Notes under the pieces: generated by a model
Databases searched by the model: none
Seen by the model: the letters and a program-made list of their open reading frames with translations, nothing else
Told to the model about the DNA's origin: nothing
Virus record (IMG/VR): IMGVR_UViG_3300031251_000967
Coordinates: 1-64,000 of that record
Direction: 5' to 3' (one strand)
Source of the DNA: a virus
DNA: 64,000 nt
Program-made: the position numbers and the translations under genes
Shown: positions 27,847 through 38,072 of the stretch, piece by piece
How positions within the stretch are numbered: the first letter of the stretch is position 1
How the letters are laid out: every line of letters starts with the position of its first letter

Positions 27847-28491
27847 TCAGCCTCCGGTGAGGGGGATCTTCAAAAAGCCTTCGTCGCGTCCGTCCGGGCC
27901 GGCGGTGCGCGGTGCTGGCGTCGGCGTGCAGGCAGGATCGGTCGGCGCCGGATAAGTGCCTGTCCGATCAAAGACGTTCGTTGCGTCGACATGCGCGTCG
28001 ACTTCGGTGAGTGGCGTGCCGAGAGGATTGCCGGCCGCATCTACGTTCGGCTCGAACACCTGATAGACTTCGATGCCGAAGGTGATCGCGACGACGCCGA
28101 TATGCCCCTCTCCGGGGCTTTCGACCTTGATGTCGACGTCGGCCATCGACACGTTCTGAACTTGGTTCTCGTAGAGGAACCGGCCGTTGCGGAGGATCGC
28201 GCCCTCGATCTGCTGGCCGAGCGCTTCCGCTGCCTCTTCGGCGTCCTCTTCAGTGTTCCGCTCGATCTCGCCGACCACAGAGAGCATGATCGTGGAATTG
28301 AACTGCGGCGGCCCCATCAGAGCCGCGCCAAGCGGGGAGCGCTTCTCCTGCCGCGTCCGGACCACGATGAGCGGGGTTTTCGCTCCGGTGACAGGCCAAT
28401 CTCGGGGCGAGAACACCCGGTCATTCGCAAGCGTCTTGGCCTGCTTCAGAGCGTCCACCGCCGCCGCTCGGATTGCGACGCGGTTGATCAT
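27847..28491 (-). CDS. Tail terminator/completion protein
   Basis: Position; RVFSPRDWP; C-terminal PDGRDEG. Confidence 0.7.
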   Translation of the reverse strand: MINRVAIRAAAVDALKQAKTLANDRVFSPRDWPVTGAKTPLIVVRTRQEKRSPLGAALMGPPQFNSTIMLSVVGEIERNTEEDAEEAAEALGQQIEGAILRNGRFLYENQVQNVSMADVDIKVESPGEGHIGVVAITFGIEVYQVFEPNVDAAGNPLGTPLTEVDAHVDATNVFDRTGTYPAPTDPACTPTPAPRTAGPDGRDEGFLKIPLTGG

Positions 28492-28817
28492 TCGTCCGCG
28501 CTCCGGAGGCGGTTCAGCATCAGCTTTGCTGCGCCGTGGCCGTCCGGGCGCACGTCCTTGACGACGTACACCCCGCCTTGGACGGTGAGTTGATCGCCCT
28601 GCTTAGGACCGATGGGGAACTGAGAAAGCCGGACGCCGAGAACGGGGAGCGTCGTATTGATCTGCGTTCCGTCCTCGGCGATATCGACTTCCGTGTATGC
28701 CCGGTCGAAGATGCCCGTCGTCTGGAACGGGCCATCATCGGCCGGCGCGTACGTGACGGGTTCGCCGAACACGCGCTGCGTCGGCCCGAGGACGAGCCTG
28801 TCCCAATCGACGGCCAT
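28488..28817 (-). CDS. Head-tail joining protein (gpFII-like)
   Basis: FGEPVTY, GIFDRAY, PKQGDQL, VRPDGHG. Confidence 0.85.
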   Translation of the reverse strand: MAVDWDRLVLGPTQRVFGEPVTYAPADDGPFQTTGIFDRAYTEVDIAEDGTQINTTLPVLGVRLSQFPIGPKQGDQLTVQGGVYVVKDVRPDGHGAAKLMLNRLRSADE

Positions 28818-28822
28818 ATACC

Positions 28823-29098
28823 TCAGCCTCCGACCGAGATGCGGTTCGCCACCCCGTTGACGGTGACGCCCTCGTTGACCGGTTCGCCGGTCGGGAGGGC
28901 CGGCGCGATCTCGCCTTCCGCGACGACGAGGAAGCCGAGCGCCTTGAGGCGCGTGACTTCCTCCGCCGGGAGGTCGACGAGTGAGCCGGGACCGAACGAC
29001 TTGTCTTCGACGGTGATGGTGCGACCGCGCGCCACCACCGCCTTGACGAGCGCCACGGGCTCCGGCGCTGCCGCAGCAGACTTAGGAGCCGGAGGCAT
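28823..29098 (-). CDS. Small capsid-adjacent protein
   Basis: FGPGSLVDLPAEEVTRLKALGFL; directly after capsid gene. Confidence 0.7.
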   Translation of the reverse strand: MPPAPKSAAAAPEPVALVKAVVARGRTITVEDKSFGPGSLVDLPAEEVTRLKALGFLVVAEGEIAPALPTGEPVNEGVTVNGVANRISVGG

Positions 29099-30177
29099 CA
29101 GCTAAGCACCGCAGCGCAGACCGTCGCCGCAAAGCAGGCGTTAACCCGCGAAGGAATGACGATCGGCGAGGACTGCATCATGATATACCGCTGCGCCGGA
29201 TCCTTTTGGACCCAGGTCTTCGGCGCGAACGGCAGGTTCGCATAGCTGAACTCCGGATCCAGGATCTGGCCGAAGGCGCGGGTGCCCATCATGTCCGGGC
29301 CGCACAGGATGACGGTGCCGTCCGGGAGCATCGGCTTCTCGGTATTGTCGGCGTCGTCGACGTACCACTCGTTGTACAGCCAGAGCCGATACTGGCCCCA
29401 AATGCCCTTGAAAACCGCGCCCTTCTCGATCTGCGGGCCGGGGTTGATGACGTTGCTCGCCTCGCCGAGCCGCGGATAGTAGATCGCGCCCTGAACGCCG
29501 ACGGCGTTGAGGAACAGCGTCCACGGGGTAGTGGTGAACACGATGTCCGTCGTACGGGCGCCGGACTTCTTGAGGATGATGTTCTGCCACGTTTCCAGGT
29601 TCTTCGTCGGAACCGGGTCATGACCAGCAGGGGTGAGGTTGCCGGAAACACCCCACTGATTGCTGCCGGACAGCGCGACCGTCAGCGCGGCGTCGCGGCC
29701 GAAATCAACGACCTGCGTCGGGAAGCCCTCGCCGGAGATCGTGACCGCGCCCGATTGGAGGACCTGCGCCGCCATCCATTCGAGCCGGCGGGTCAGCATG
29801 TCGATCTGATCCGTCATCTCGAATTCGAGGTTGGCCATCTCGCGCTCGGCCGGCGTCATGTCTCCGCCGATCCGCTCGCCGATCATGCGGCGCACGGGGC
29901 GGCGCAGGTCGGGAACGCGCTTGTCCTTGATGTAAGCCGGCTTGAAGGTGTTGGTCTGGACCTTCCGGGCCTCGACCAGTTTGCCCTCGACGAGCGGGCT
30001 GACGAACGGCGACATCCGGCGCTTACCGACATCCACGTCGATCGAGACGTACTCGCTGTCCGACATGACGATGTTCGGGAAGAAGTTGTCCAGGAGGAAC
30101 GACGACGCCGTCTTGAGGTTCGGCACCACCTGGATCAGGGTATTCGTATCGTAAATGAACGCGTTCTGTGCGACCAT
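29098..30177 (-). CDS. Major capsid protein (lambda gpE family)
   Basis: KRRMSPFVSP, FKPAYIKDK, RRLEWMAAQ, MQSSPIVIP. Confidence 0.95.
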   Translation of the reverse strand: MVAQNAFIYDTNTLIQVVPNLKTASSFLLDNFFPNIVMSDSEYVSIDVDVGKRRMSPFVSPLVEGKLVEARKVQTNTFKPAYIKDKRVPDLRRPVRRMIGERIGGDMTPAEREMANLEFEMTDQIDMLTRRLEWMAAQVLQSGAVTISGEGFPTQVVDFGRDAALTVALSGSNQWGVSGNLTPAGHDPVPTKNLETWQNIILKKSGARTTDIVFTTTPWTLFLNAVGVQGAIYYPRLGEASNVINPGPQIEKGAVFKGIWGQYRLWLYNEWYVDDADNTEKPMLPDGTVILCGPDMMGTRAFGQILDPEFSYANLPFAPKTWVQKDPAQRYIMMQSSPIVIPSRVNACFAATVCAAVLS

Positions 30178-30240
30178 TTGCGGTCTCCAAAGAGAAGCCG
30201 CGCACTAGGCGGGGCTCTTGTCGGTTGCGTGAGGTGCCGA

Positions 30241-30918
30241 TTAGCTCGGGTCGGCGGCCGAAACAGAGGTCTTCAGGAAGATGCTGGACGACCGCAGTGC
30301 GGCCTTCGCCGCTGCCGCAGTGATGCCGGCCCCGAAGGTGAGCGCGTTCGTGTTGAACTCTCCGGTCAAGTAGATGCCGCCGACCACGTCGCCGCCGGAT
30401 GCATCGACGTCGTCAGCCAAGATCGCCGCCGGAGTCTGGCTGCCGTCTGTCGCAGCGGCTGCGGCAAGCTTGTAGCTATTGCTCCCCGCCGCAACGGCGA
30501 TCGTGATGCTGTCACCGGCCACCATGGCGGTGCCGCCGGTCGCGAAGGTGAAGCTGATTTCGGCGTCCGAGTAGGCGCCGGCAGCCGTTCCGGCGACGAG
30601 TTCGACGCCGTTCGGATTGATCACGTCGTAGGTCGTTGCCGACTTGAACTTGATCGTGTAGTTGCCGACCTTCGCCTTGCTGCCGAGAGCGACGCTTGAA
30701 ACGGTGCCGTTGCCGGTGTTGCCGCCCGTGGCGGTCGGCGTGCCGGCCGCGCCGACGGTGACCTGACCGAGAACCGCTCCACGCTTCAGGGCGGCCCCGC
30801 CGGTGATCGTCACGGAGTCGGTGACGAGCTGGAACGGACCGGCAATGAGCTGGTCGGGAAGATAGACCTGAGAGGCAACGCCCGGAACCTGGGGATTGTC
30901 GGAAATGCTGAGAGCCAT
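30241..30918 (-). CDS. Head decoration protein (gpD-like) with inserted beta domain
   Basis: YLPDQLIAG, LKRGAVLG, DGSQTPAAILADD, YLTGEFN. Confidence 0.9.
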   Translation of the reverse strand: MALSISDNPQVPGVASQVYLPDQLIAGPFQLVTDSVTITGGAALKRGAVLGQVTVGAAGTPTATGGNTGNGTVSSVALGSKAKVGNYTIKFKSATTYDVINPNGVELVAGTAAGAYSDAEISFTFATGGTAMVAGDSITIAVAAGSNSYKLAAAAATDGSQTPAAILADDVDASGGDVVGGIYLTGEFNTNALTFGAGITAAAAKAALRSSSIFLKTSVSAADPS

Positions 30919-30949
30919 TTGGTGAATTCCTTATGAGGATCAGGACGGA

Positions 30950-31582
30950 TCAGGCTTCGCCGCGGCGCTTCTTGCCGGCCGCGACGATCGCGGCGGCAAC
31001 GGCCACCGGGTCGGTCGGGTCAAGCTTTGCGGTCGGCGCATCGGAGCCGGGGTTCGGGACGTTGACCGAAGCCATGCGGTCGGCGACGCCGCCGGTTGCC
31101 CGCTTGTCGCCGGCAACTGCGGCGCTGAAGAAGCGGACCGCTTCGTCAGCGCTCATGCTGGTGCCGAAAGCGAGTTCGGCGGCAAGGTCCGGACGCTTCC
31201 CGGCAGCCGGGCAACCGAAGATGGCAGCGCCACGTGCGCGCTCCATCTCACGACCGGCCTTGATGCCGCGAGCTTCCGCCTTCTTGGCATCGTCCTTCTT
31301 CTTATCCTCGTCTTCTTCCTCCGCGCGCTTGGCGTCTTCTTCCTTTTTCTTCTCTTCCTCCGCGCGCTTCGCGTCCTCTTCTTTCTTCTTTTCTTCTTCG
31401 GCGCGCCTCGCCTCTTCCTCCTGCTCCTGCTCTTCGGCCTTGCGGGCCTGCTCTTCCTCGTCCTCGCGCTTCTTGCGCTCCTCATCGGTCTCCTCCGCAC
31501 GGGCGGCGGCGACGGTCGAAGCATTGGGGCGGCGCAGCAGATGGGCGAACGGCGCCGCGCCCGCGATTGCTCGCAGAGTCAT
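30950..31582 (-). CDS. Scaffold-like protein with charged repeats
   Basis: AEEEKKKEEDAKR tandem repeats; ERARGAAIF; between protease and gpD. Confidence 0.75.
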   Translation of the reverse strand: MTLRAIAGAAPFAHLLRRPNASTVAAARAEETDEERKKREDEEEQARKAEEQEQEEEARRAEEEKKKEEDAKRAEEEKKKEEDAKRAEEEDEDKKKDDAKKAEARGIKAGREMERARGAAIFGCPAAGKRPDLAAELAFGTSMSADEAVRFFSAAVAGDKRATGGVADRMASVNVPNPGSDAPTAKLDPTDPVAVAAAIVAAGKKRRGEA

Positions 31583-31604
31583 AGTTTCTCCTGTCGTTAC
31601 GAGA

Positions 31605-32489
31605 TCAGCCGAGCTTGTCGAGCAGGGCTGCAAAGGCGGCGTCTGGCGCCATCACCGCATCCGCAAGGCCAAGGGAAACCCCCTGTGCCCCGAGGAACGT
31701 TGCGGCTTCTGTGTCGCGGACCTTTTGGGCCGCGAGATTCCGGTTTCGGGCGACGGTCTCGACGAACAGTTCGCCCATGGTGTCGATATCCGCTTGGAAG
31801 CGCTTCAGCGCCTCCTTTTCGAGCGGTTTGTAGGGTTGGCCGTCAGCCTTACGGTCGCCGTACTGAATGACGGTGACCTTGATGCCGTCGGCGTCGAGCG
31901 CCTTGGACAGGTCGACGTGCATGCAGATGACGCCGATCGAGCCCGTGCCGCCGGTGCGTGGCACGGTGAGGAAGTCAGCGGCGGAGGCGATGGCGTAGGC
32001 GGCCGAGTAGGCGCACTCGTTCAGGATCGCCCACACCGGCTTTTCGCCGCGCGCCTCATAGATCGTGTCAACCAAATCGAAGCAGCCCGCCACCTCTCCG
32101 CCCGGCGAGTCCACGTCGAGAACGATCGCCTTCACTTCGGGGTCGGACAGCGCAACGAGAAAGTTCTGACGGATGCCGTCGTAACCCATCATCCCCGAGT
32201 AAGGGCGAAGCGTGCCGAGCTTCTGCACCAGGGTTCCCGAAACCGGGATTACCGCGACGCCCGCGACGAGGTCGTATCCGACGTCAGGCCGATCATTCCG
32301 ACGCGCCGGCCTGTCGTAATCCTCATCGAACGCCATCGGTTGAAGCACGACCATGTCGCCGTTCGGCCGGAACAGCTTGGCGATGCCGAGCCGATCGGCG
32401 AGCGCCGCCATGATGACCTCTGCCTTGTGCTCCGTGATGGCGATTGGCGTATTGAAAAGCCGCTGGGCCAAGTGAGGGAAATTCATCAC
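31605..32489 (-). CDS. Head maturation protease, S49 family
   Basis: DVDSPGGEVAG, AYSAAYAIAS, GSIGV. Confidence 0.95.
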   Translation of the reverse strand: MMNFPHLAQRLFNTPIAITEHKAEVIMAALADRLGIAKLFRPNGDMVVLQPMAFDEDYDRPARRNDRPDVGYDLVAGVAVIPVSGTLVQKLGTLRPYSGMMGYDGIRQNFLVALSDPEVKAIVLDVDSPGGEVAGCFDLVDTIYEARGEKPVWAILNECAYSAAYAIASAADFLTVPRTGGTGSIGVICMHVDLSKALDADGIKVTVIQYGDRKADGQPYKPLEKEALKRFQADIDTMGELFVETVARNRNLAAQKVRDTEAATFLGAQGVSLGLADAVMAPDAAFAALLDKLG

Positions 32490-34138
32490 GTCGGCTCCGG
32501 GTTCTGCGGTTTCTTCGCGGCTTCACGGGCGGGAACGGCATCTTGCGCCCAGCTCGGCAGGGCAATTCCGCGATCTTCGAACATCTTGATTTCGCGCGCC
32601 CGCTGATCGAGGACTTCTTCCAGCTCAAGCCCCTGCTCGGCGCACTCCATCTCCAGCGTCGACAACCCGGCGTCGATACCGAGGATCGCACCCGCCTTCT
32701 CGTCCACGGGGTCGATCCACCCGCGGCCCGGCCCCATCCATTTCACGCGACAGTATTCGGTGCGGCATTCGAGGTAGTCCGGAACCTGACCGCTCGGCAT
32801 CGGGAGGTCGTCGACCTCCATCACCTCTTCGAGGAATGCCCCATAGATCGGCGAGGCGAAATTCACGGCGAAGTCATTCCGGCGGCGCGCGAGCGTCTTC
32901 CAAGCCTCCAAGAGGGCCGCGCGAGCCGAAGAGTAGTTCGTGCGAGACCAGTCCTGGCTAAGCTGCTCCGCCGAGATGCCGAGAGCCGCGCTGACATTCC
33001 GAAGCGCTGCGTGCTCAAACTCGGCAAAATTGCTCGTCGGCCGCGCCGCGCTGACGGAGGTGATCCGCTCGCCCGGATACAGGATCGGCATTTTCGCGCC
33101 GCCCAGTACCGTCCGGTGCTCCTTGTGGAATGCCGCCCGGTCGGTTTGGTACTGCGGCAAGTTGCCGTCGTCGCCAAGCGCTTCGGCTACGAGGTTGTGA
33201 TCGAACGGGCTCTCGATGTATGCGCCGAACACCGCGTTCAGGATCGCCGCGTCCAGTTCGACGGCGTCGTACTTGACCAGCATCTTGAGCCGCTGAAGAA
33301 CGGGCGTCAGAACGCCGCCGGCTCCGCGGTGTTGCGGTGTGCGGTCCCGCTCGAAGTCATGGACGACGATCGGACGGCCCCACGACGTTTCGCGCTGGAT
33401 GCGCTCCCACGTGACGCTTTGCGCTGCGCTGAACCAGTCGCCCTGGTGCGCCTTGCGGATCCAGTACGCGACCGCGACATCAAAGCGCGGATCGACCTCA
33501 ACGCCGCCGCGCATCGTCTGCTGATCGAAGCGGAGTTGCGGGTTGGAGAGCCGGTCAGGGTCGATCAACTGGATGGACGTGCAATAGCGCGCACGGCCCA
33601 TCCCAACCCGCTCCGGCAGCCAATGCAGGACCGCCAGGGCATCGCCGTCAATGACCTTGTGCCGGTAGGCAAGGCGCAGCATCTGCGGAACGGTGAGTGA
33701 CCGCTGCGCGTCGCAATACTTGGCCGGATCATCCGCCCAACGCCGCCAGCTCGCCTCGACCGCCCGGCCGAACTCGTCCGCCCAATCGGCGTCGAAACCC
33801 TTGTTCCCCGAGTAGAGGGCGAGCGAGCGATAGTCCGGCTTCGCCACCGGCCGGAACGTCGCACCGATGACGTTGTCGACGATCCGGGTAATACCGCCCG
33901 ACGCCCACCCGTCGTTCCGCTCGATATCCCGGATCCGGGAGACGATGCGATCACGATAGATGTTCTTTTCGCCGTCGACCGACCAGAGATACGGCTGCCA
34001 CGCCGCCATGTGGTCGCCGTAGTTGTCGGCCGCGTCGTACGGAACGTTGCTGTTGTTCGCCAGCGCCTTCGCCTTGCCCGGCTGAACCGGTGGGAACGGC
34101 GTCCCGTCCGGCTTCAGGATAGCCACGTCGCGCGACAT
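32486..34138 (-). CDS. Portal protein (lambda gpB family)
   Basis: RNDGWASG, NYSSARAALLE, GWIDPVDE. Confidence 0.95.
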   Translation of the reverse strand: MSRDVAILKPDGTPFPPVQPGKAKALANNSNVPYDAADNYGDHMAAWQPYLWSVDGEKNIYRDRIVSRIRDIERNDGWASGGITRIVDNVIGATFRPVAKPDYRSLALYSGNKGFDADWADEFGRAVEASWRRWADDPAKYCDAQRSLTVPQMLRLAYRHKVIDGDALAVLHWLPERVGMGRARYCTSIQLIDPDRLSNPQLRFDQQTMRGGVEVDPRFDVAVAYWIRKAHQGDWFSAAQSVTWERIQRETSWGRPIVVHDFERDRTPQHRGAGGVLTPVLQRLKMLVKYDAVELDAAILNAVFGAYIESPFDHNLVAEALGDDGNLPQYQTDRAAFHKEHRTVLGGAKMPILYPGERITSVSAARPTSNFAEFEHAALRNVSAALGISAEQLSQDWSRTNYSSARAALLEAWKTLARRRNDFAVNFASPIYGAFLEEVMEVDDLPMPSGQVPDYLECRTEYCRVKWMGPGRGWIDPVDEKAGAILGIDAGLSTLEMECAEQGLELEEVLDQRAREIKMFEDRGIALPSWAQDAVPAREAAKKPQNPEPT

Positions 34139-34401
34139 CAGCGGTACAGGAACCGGAGGGGGCGGCGGGCGCGGCAGACGATGCCGAGTTGCTGCTGAAG
34201 CTGACGGATCAGGGTCGTCAGCTTGGCAACGTCAGTCTGCGTGAAGGTTACCGAGCGCGCGCCGTCGCCCTGCGTGTATGACGCGGTAACTTCCTTTTCG
34301 CCGCTCGATAGAGCGATGTACGCCTGCTGAGCTGAGGAGAGCGCCGCCTGTAGGGCAGCCCTGTCCATTCCAGCGAAGAGGCTGGTCGAAGGATCGAACA
34401 A
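34138..34401 (-). CDS. gpW-like head-tail joining protein
   Basis: AQQAYIALSSGEK...RSVTF; between terminase and portal. Confidence 0.88.
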   Translation of the reverse strand: MFDPSTSLFAGMDRAALQAALSSAQQAYIALSSGEKEVTASYTQGDGARSVTFTQTDVAKLTTLIRQLQQQLGIVCRARRPLRFLYR

Positions 34402-34412
34402 GGGCGTTTCTC

Positions 34413-36515
34413 CTAGTGTGCCAGAAGGCTGGCGAGCGATCGGCGCGGCGTGGGCGGTGCCGGCGGTACAGCCGACGTCATCTCAGGCGCCGTCACGATC
34501 CGCTCCGGCTGCGCCTCCGAGGCTCCGACCTCGTCAGCACGCTTGTTCAGTTTCAACCCGAAGTGCAGCAGGCCGCAGAGCGCTGCGTAGGCGTAGACAC
34601 GACAGTCAAGGGCCTCGTTGGCCTTGCCGGCAGGGCATTCCCAGACCCGGAACCGCTGACCCGCGACTTCCTTGATCACGATCCGCTCGGCCGTAAGCTG
34701 CGCGTACCAGTTGATGTCCCGAGCGTCCGGGAAGTGCATGTATCCGGCACCCGGCCGCTCGATGTGCAGCCGCGCTCTGATCGTGTCCTTCGCCGCGTTG
34801 ACGCCGATGATCACCGGCCGGAACGACTGCTTCGTGCGGGATGTCGGGCGCTTGGTCGGCCACACCGGAGAGCGTTGCCCCGATCGCGCCGACTCACCCT
34901 TGATCGCCCACACCCGCCGCGCCAGCCGCGCCTTGGCGAATTCGTAGACCTTTTGGGTGTGATGGCCGCCTGAGTCGATGCACGCCGACATCACCTCGAA
35001 CTCGCGTCCGTCCGCGCGCTTCCACTTCCGTTTCAGGAAGGCGTCGACCCGGTCCCAGAGCGCTGCGGTCTCCGGATCGCCCTCGAACACCTCTTGGGCG
35101 ATCGACCAGCTTTCCTCGTTGCGGCCCCAGCCAACAACCTCAGCCTCTAGGCGATCGTCCTGCACGTCGATCCCGACAGTGACTACGGCGACGCCGTCAG
35201 GAACCTCGCCAGCCCAGACCTCTCCGCGGGCGGCGAGCGCTTCGAGGCGAAGTTCTTTGCCGGCATGCGGGCGATAGGGAAGACCCTGTTGCGTATTCCA
35301 CCACGCCTGCTTCTTTTCCTCGTCGTCCTTCGCGGCCAGCCATTTTGTGGCTTGATCGGACGGCTTGTCCTTTTGCCACGGGCTGAACAGTTTCGACGCT
35401 TGGAAGCCAGCGTGTTCGTTATCAACGGCCCACTTACCGCAGTCCGGGCACTTCGCCCGGTAGACGGCCCAGCGGTCGCCAGCCCACCAGTCCCACACCT
35501 TCGCGACCGGGTCGCCAGCCTCGTCCTCAGCGTCGCGCCACGCGCGCCCGTGGTCATCCAACGGGACGTGACGCTTGCCGCAGCACTCGAACGGCCGCGT
35601 CTGATGCCAGCGCACCGTCTTCAGCGACCGGAGGCGTTCGCCCTCCGACCAGCCGACCCCGCACGCCTCGCAGTAGATCCGCGCCGTCTTCGGCCTATGC
35701 TCGTTCCCCGTCTTCTCCCACTGCACGTGGGCGAAGAAATCGGGGAACTGCCTATGGAGACAGTGCGGGCACTCGACGGACGCCCGGCGCTGGTCCGACG
35801 CGGCATAGCTCGCTGCGATCCGGCTTTCGTCCTCCACCGTGGGAGAACACGCCCGAACCGACAGCCAGTTGACGCCGAAGGTAGCGGTGCGCTCCTCAGC
35901 GAGCGTGATCGGGTCGCCCTCTCGGGTGACCGGGTACTTGTCGACCTCGTCCGCCAGCAGAACGCGTATCGGCCGACGGGCGAGGTTGTCGGGGCTGCCG
36001 GCGCCGGCCAAGGCCAAGAACCCGCCGGGGAACGCCTTGTACAACAGCGTCTCGTCGGCGTTTCGCGTCTTGCTCGTTCCCACCAGCTTCCGCAGGACCG
36101 GCGTCACCTTGACCAGCGGCGCGATCCGCTCCTTCGAGAACTGCTGCGCCGCGTCTTCCTTCGGCTGCAATAGAAGCATTGGGCACGGATCGAGGTGCGC
36201 GAAGTAGCCGAAAACGTTTTCCAGCAAAGCCGTCTTCATGAGCTGCGTCGAGCACATGACCGTGATCACGTGAACGCCCGGCTCGGTGACCGCGAGCATC
36301 GGCCCGCGCGCTACCTCTACCGTCTCGGTGCGCCAGCGTCCGGAAGTTGACCCCGCTTCTGGCGCAAGCCTCCGATATCGATCCGCCCAAGCCGGGACGC
36401 TGATCCGCGGCGGCGGCGTCCATCCCCGCTTCGCCGCGAGGCGGAGCCGGTCACGCTTCTCGGTCGGTGAACTCGACTTCGGGTTCGCCAAGCTCCTCAA
36501 GGTGCTTGTGGACAT
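34413..36515 (-). CDS. Terminase large subunit (GpA family)
   Basis: STQLMKT, LLADEVDKY, GIDVQDDR, IDSGGH, NEALDCRVYA; exact start uncertain. Confidence 0.95.
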   Translation of the reverse strand: MSTSTLRSLANPKSSSPTEKRDRLRLAAKRGWTPPPRISVPAWADRYRRLAPEAGSTSGRWRTETVEVARGPMLAVTEPGVHVITVMCSTQLMKTALLENVFGYFAHLDPCPMLLLQPKEDAAQQFSKERIAPLVKVTPVLRKLVGTSKTRNADETLLYKAFPGGFLALAGAGSPDNLARRPIRVLLADEVDKYPVTREGDPITLAEERTATFGVNWLSVRACSPTVEDESRIAASYAASDQRRASVECPHCLHRQFPDFFAHVQWEKTGNEHRPKTARIYCEACGVGWSEGERLRSLKTVRWHQTRPFECCGKRHVPLDDHGRAWRDAEDEAGDPVAKVWDWWAGDRWAVYRAKCPDCGKWAVDNEHAGFQASKLFSPWQKDKPSDQATKWLAAKDDEEKKQAWWNTQQGLPYRPHAGKELRLEALAARGEVWAGEVPDGVAVVTVGIDVQDDRLEAEVVGWGRNEESWSIAQEVFEGDPETAALWDRVDAFLKRKWKRADGREFEVMSACIDSGGHHTQKVYEFAKARLARRVWAIKGESARSGQRSPVWPTKRPTSRTKQSFRPVIIGVNAAKDTIRARLHIERPGAGYMHFPDARDINWYAQLTAERIVIKEVAGQRFRVWECPAGKANEALDCRVYAYAALCGLLHFGLKLNKRADEVGASEAQPERIVTAPEMTSAVPPAPPTPRRSLASLLAH

Positions 36516-37059
36516 GCGTGGTCAGGGCCTCGGTCACCTTGTCGGCTTCTAGGCCGAGATCGGCCGCCAGCAGTGGACCCACCCGCGCCGGCCAGTTGAG
36601 CCACGAATCACGCGCGGCCCGGCTTACTTCGAACAACACCGTCGTTGCGGTCTCAATGTCGACCAGCGCTCCAGCCTTCTGCCGCGCGTCGAGCACGTGC
36701 TTCAGGGCAAGGGCGTTTTCCTTGACCCGCTCCGCTTCGAGGAGCGTTGCGAAGTCGCCGGCCAGAACCTTACCGATGAACTCGTCGAGACTTGCGACAA
36801 CCGCGTCCGGGTCGGCATCAGCCGACGGAGTTACGGGCAGCGCGTTACCGCCCTTGTTACCAGCGGGTAACGGTACTGCGGCGGCCCCGGTAACATCCTT
36901 GAACCGCCCGACGCGCTTCTCTCGGAGCCGGGCGTCCGACGCCTCGACGTCGACCTTGTCCCCTGAGAAAACAAGGAGACCAGACTGTTTCCAGATCGTC
37001 GCCGTCTTCCGCGACACGCCGTGCAGCGCGGCGAACTCAGCCTGCGAAGCCAGCGCCAT
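36451..37059 (-). CDS. Terminase small subunit (Nu1-like)
   Basis: N-terminal HTH SQAEFAALHGVSRKTATIW; RDSWLNWPAR. Confidence 0.85.
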   Translation of the reverse strand: MALASQAEFAALHGVSRKTATIWKQSGLLVFSGDKVDVEASDARLREKRVGRFKDVTGAAAVPLPAGNKGGNALPVTPSADADPDAVVASLDEFIGKVLAGDFATLLEAERVKENALALKHVLDARQKAGALVDIETATTVLFEVSRAARDSWLNWPARVGPLLAADLGLEADKVTEALTTHVHKHLEELGEPEVEFTDREA

Positions 37060-37109
37060 CTCAACTCCAGATCAAGCCGGTGTTACCCGGTTTTCAGACC
37101 CCATAGCTG

Positions 37110-37163
37110 GGCAAATACCGGGGCGCGCAATGCCCCCGATGCAGGAGGGGCCAGGAAGGACCC
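37110..37163 (-). promoter_or_regulatory. Candidate cos site (cosQ-like GGGTCCT plus cosN-like dyad)
   Basis: GGGTCCT at 37163-37157, then GGGGC-ATTGCGC-GCCCC just upstream of terS. Confidence 0.65.
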
Positions 37164-37197
37164 ACGACCCCACCCCGTCGGCCCCCGCGCGCGACGG

Positions 37198-37881
37198 TCA
37201 CCGTGCCGTCTTCATCGCCGCGGCGAGCGCCTTGCTCATCTCGGCTTGGAACGTGTCCCTGACGATCTTCTCGGCGCGTTGGCGATAGTTCAGGTGCTGC
37301 TTCACCGGGAGGGCGTCGCCGAAGCGGATGAGGAGCTTAAGCCCGCCCTTCTGCTGCGGCTGCGCTCCTTTGCGTGGAGCGCCCTTGCGCGTTGCCTTCG
37401 CCACTCGTGGGCGCTGCCACACGCCGTTGATCGCCTGCCCCTTCTTGGTGACGATCGTGCCGATGAAGATATCAGGGCGTCCTTTGAGCGATTGCAGCTT
37501 GCGGGCGGTCAGGTTGCCGTACTGGTTGAGCCTGACGTTCTTCGGGTTAAGGAGCGTGCCGCCGCGCTTGCTCGGGTTCAGGTAGTGCTTGCCGCCCGTC
37601 TCGTAGGGTTCGAGGTACTTGGCGGCGATATCCTTGACGAAGACGGTTGCCGTGAGGTTGGACTTGCGAGCGCCCTTCACGCCGATGGACTTGAGGGTGA
37701 ATGGCGTCGGGTTCTCGAAGGTCTCGGCGAGCGCCTTCGTCTCGGCTTCCTGCACCTTCATCGCTACCGCTGTCAGAGCCTGCGCCGTGGCGAACGGCAC
37801 CTGACGCTTGGCGAAGTCGTCGAGAGAGCGGGTGAGCTTCTTGACGTCAGCCCTTACGTTGATGGAGATGAGACCGGCCAC
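37198..37881 (-). CDS. Phage morphogenesis protein (gpZ-like)
   Basis: QVPFATAQALT...FENPTPFT family typical upstream of terS. Confidence 0.75.
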   Translation of the reverse strand: MAGLISINVRADVKKLTRSLDDFAKRQVPFATAQALTAVAMKVQEAETKALAETFENPTPFTLKSIGVKGARKSNLTATVFVKDIAAKYLEPYETGGKHYLNPSKRGGTLLNPKNVRLNQYGNLTARKLQSLKGRPDIFIGTIVTKKGQAINGVWQRPRVAKATRKGAPRKGAQPQQKGGLKLLIRFGDALPVKQHLNYRQRAEKIVRDTFQAEMSKALAAAMKTAR

Positions 37882-37890
37882 GCTGCCGAC

Positions 37891-38058
37891 CTACATCCAT
37901 CCGCAAAAATAGAACACCGCTCCCAGCGCGCCGCCTATGCACCATGCGGCGATGATAACCGTTCCGAACCGATCCGCGTCCTCTTGCGGCGTCCTGATGC
38001 GATCTTCCGGATTGGCTGAGGAAGCCTGTTCGCCGTGTGCTTGGGTTTGTTCGCTCAT
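37891..38058 (-). CDS. Small membrane protein
   Basis: 55 aa, C-terminal TM helix, AAGG RBS. Confidence 0.45.
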   Translation of the reverse strand: MSEQTQAHGEQASSANPEDRIRTPQEDADRFGTVIIAAWCIGGALGAVFYFCGWM

Positions 38059-38072
38059 GGTCGCCTTTTAGC

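Noticed and set aside
14066-28491. Transposable Mu-like phage or tailocin
   Set aside because: No transposase seen; lambda-type head, cos-like site and tRNA-adjacent boundary indicate a site-specific temperate phage
31300-31500. Tandem repeats resembling a CRISPR array
   Set aside because: In-frame coding repeats of the scaffold protein; no spacers or cas genes
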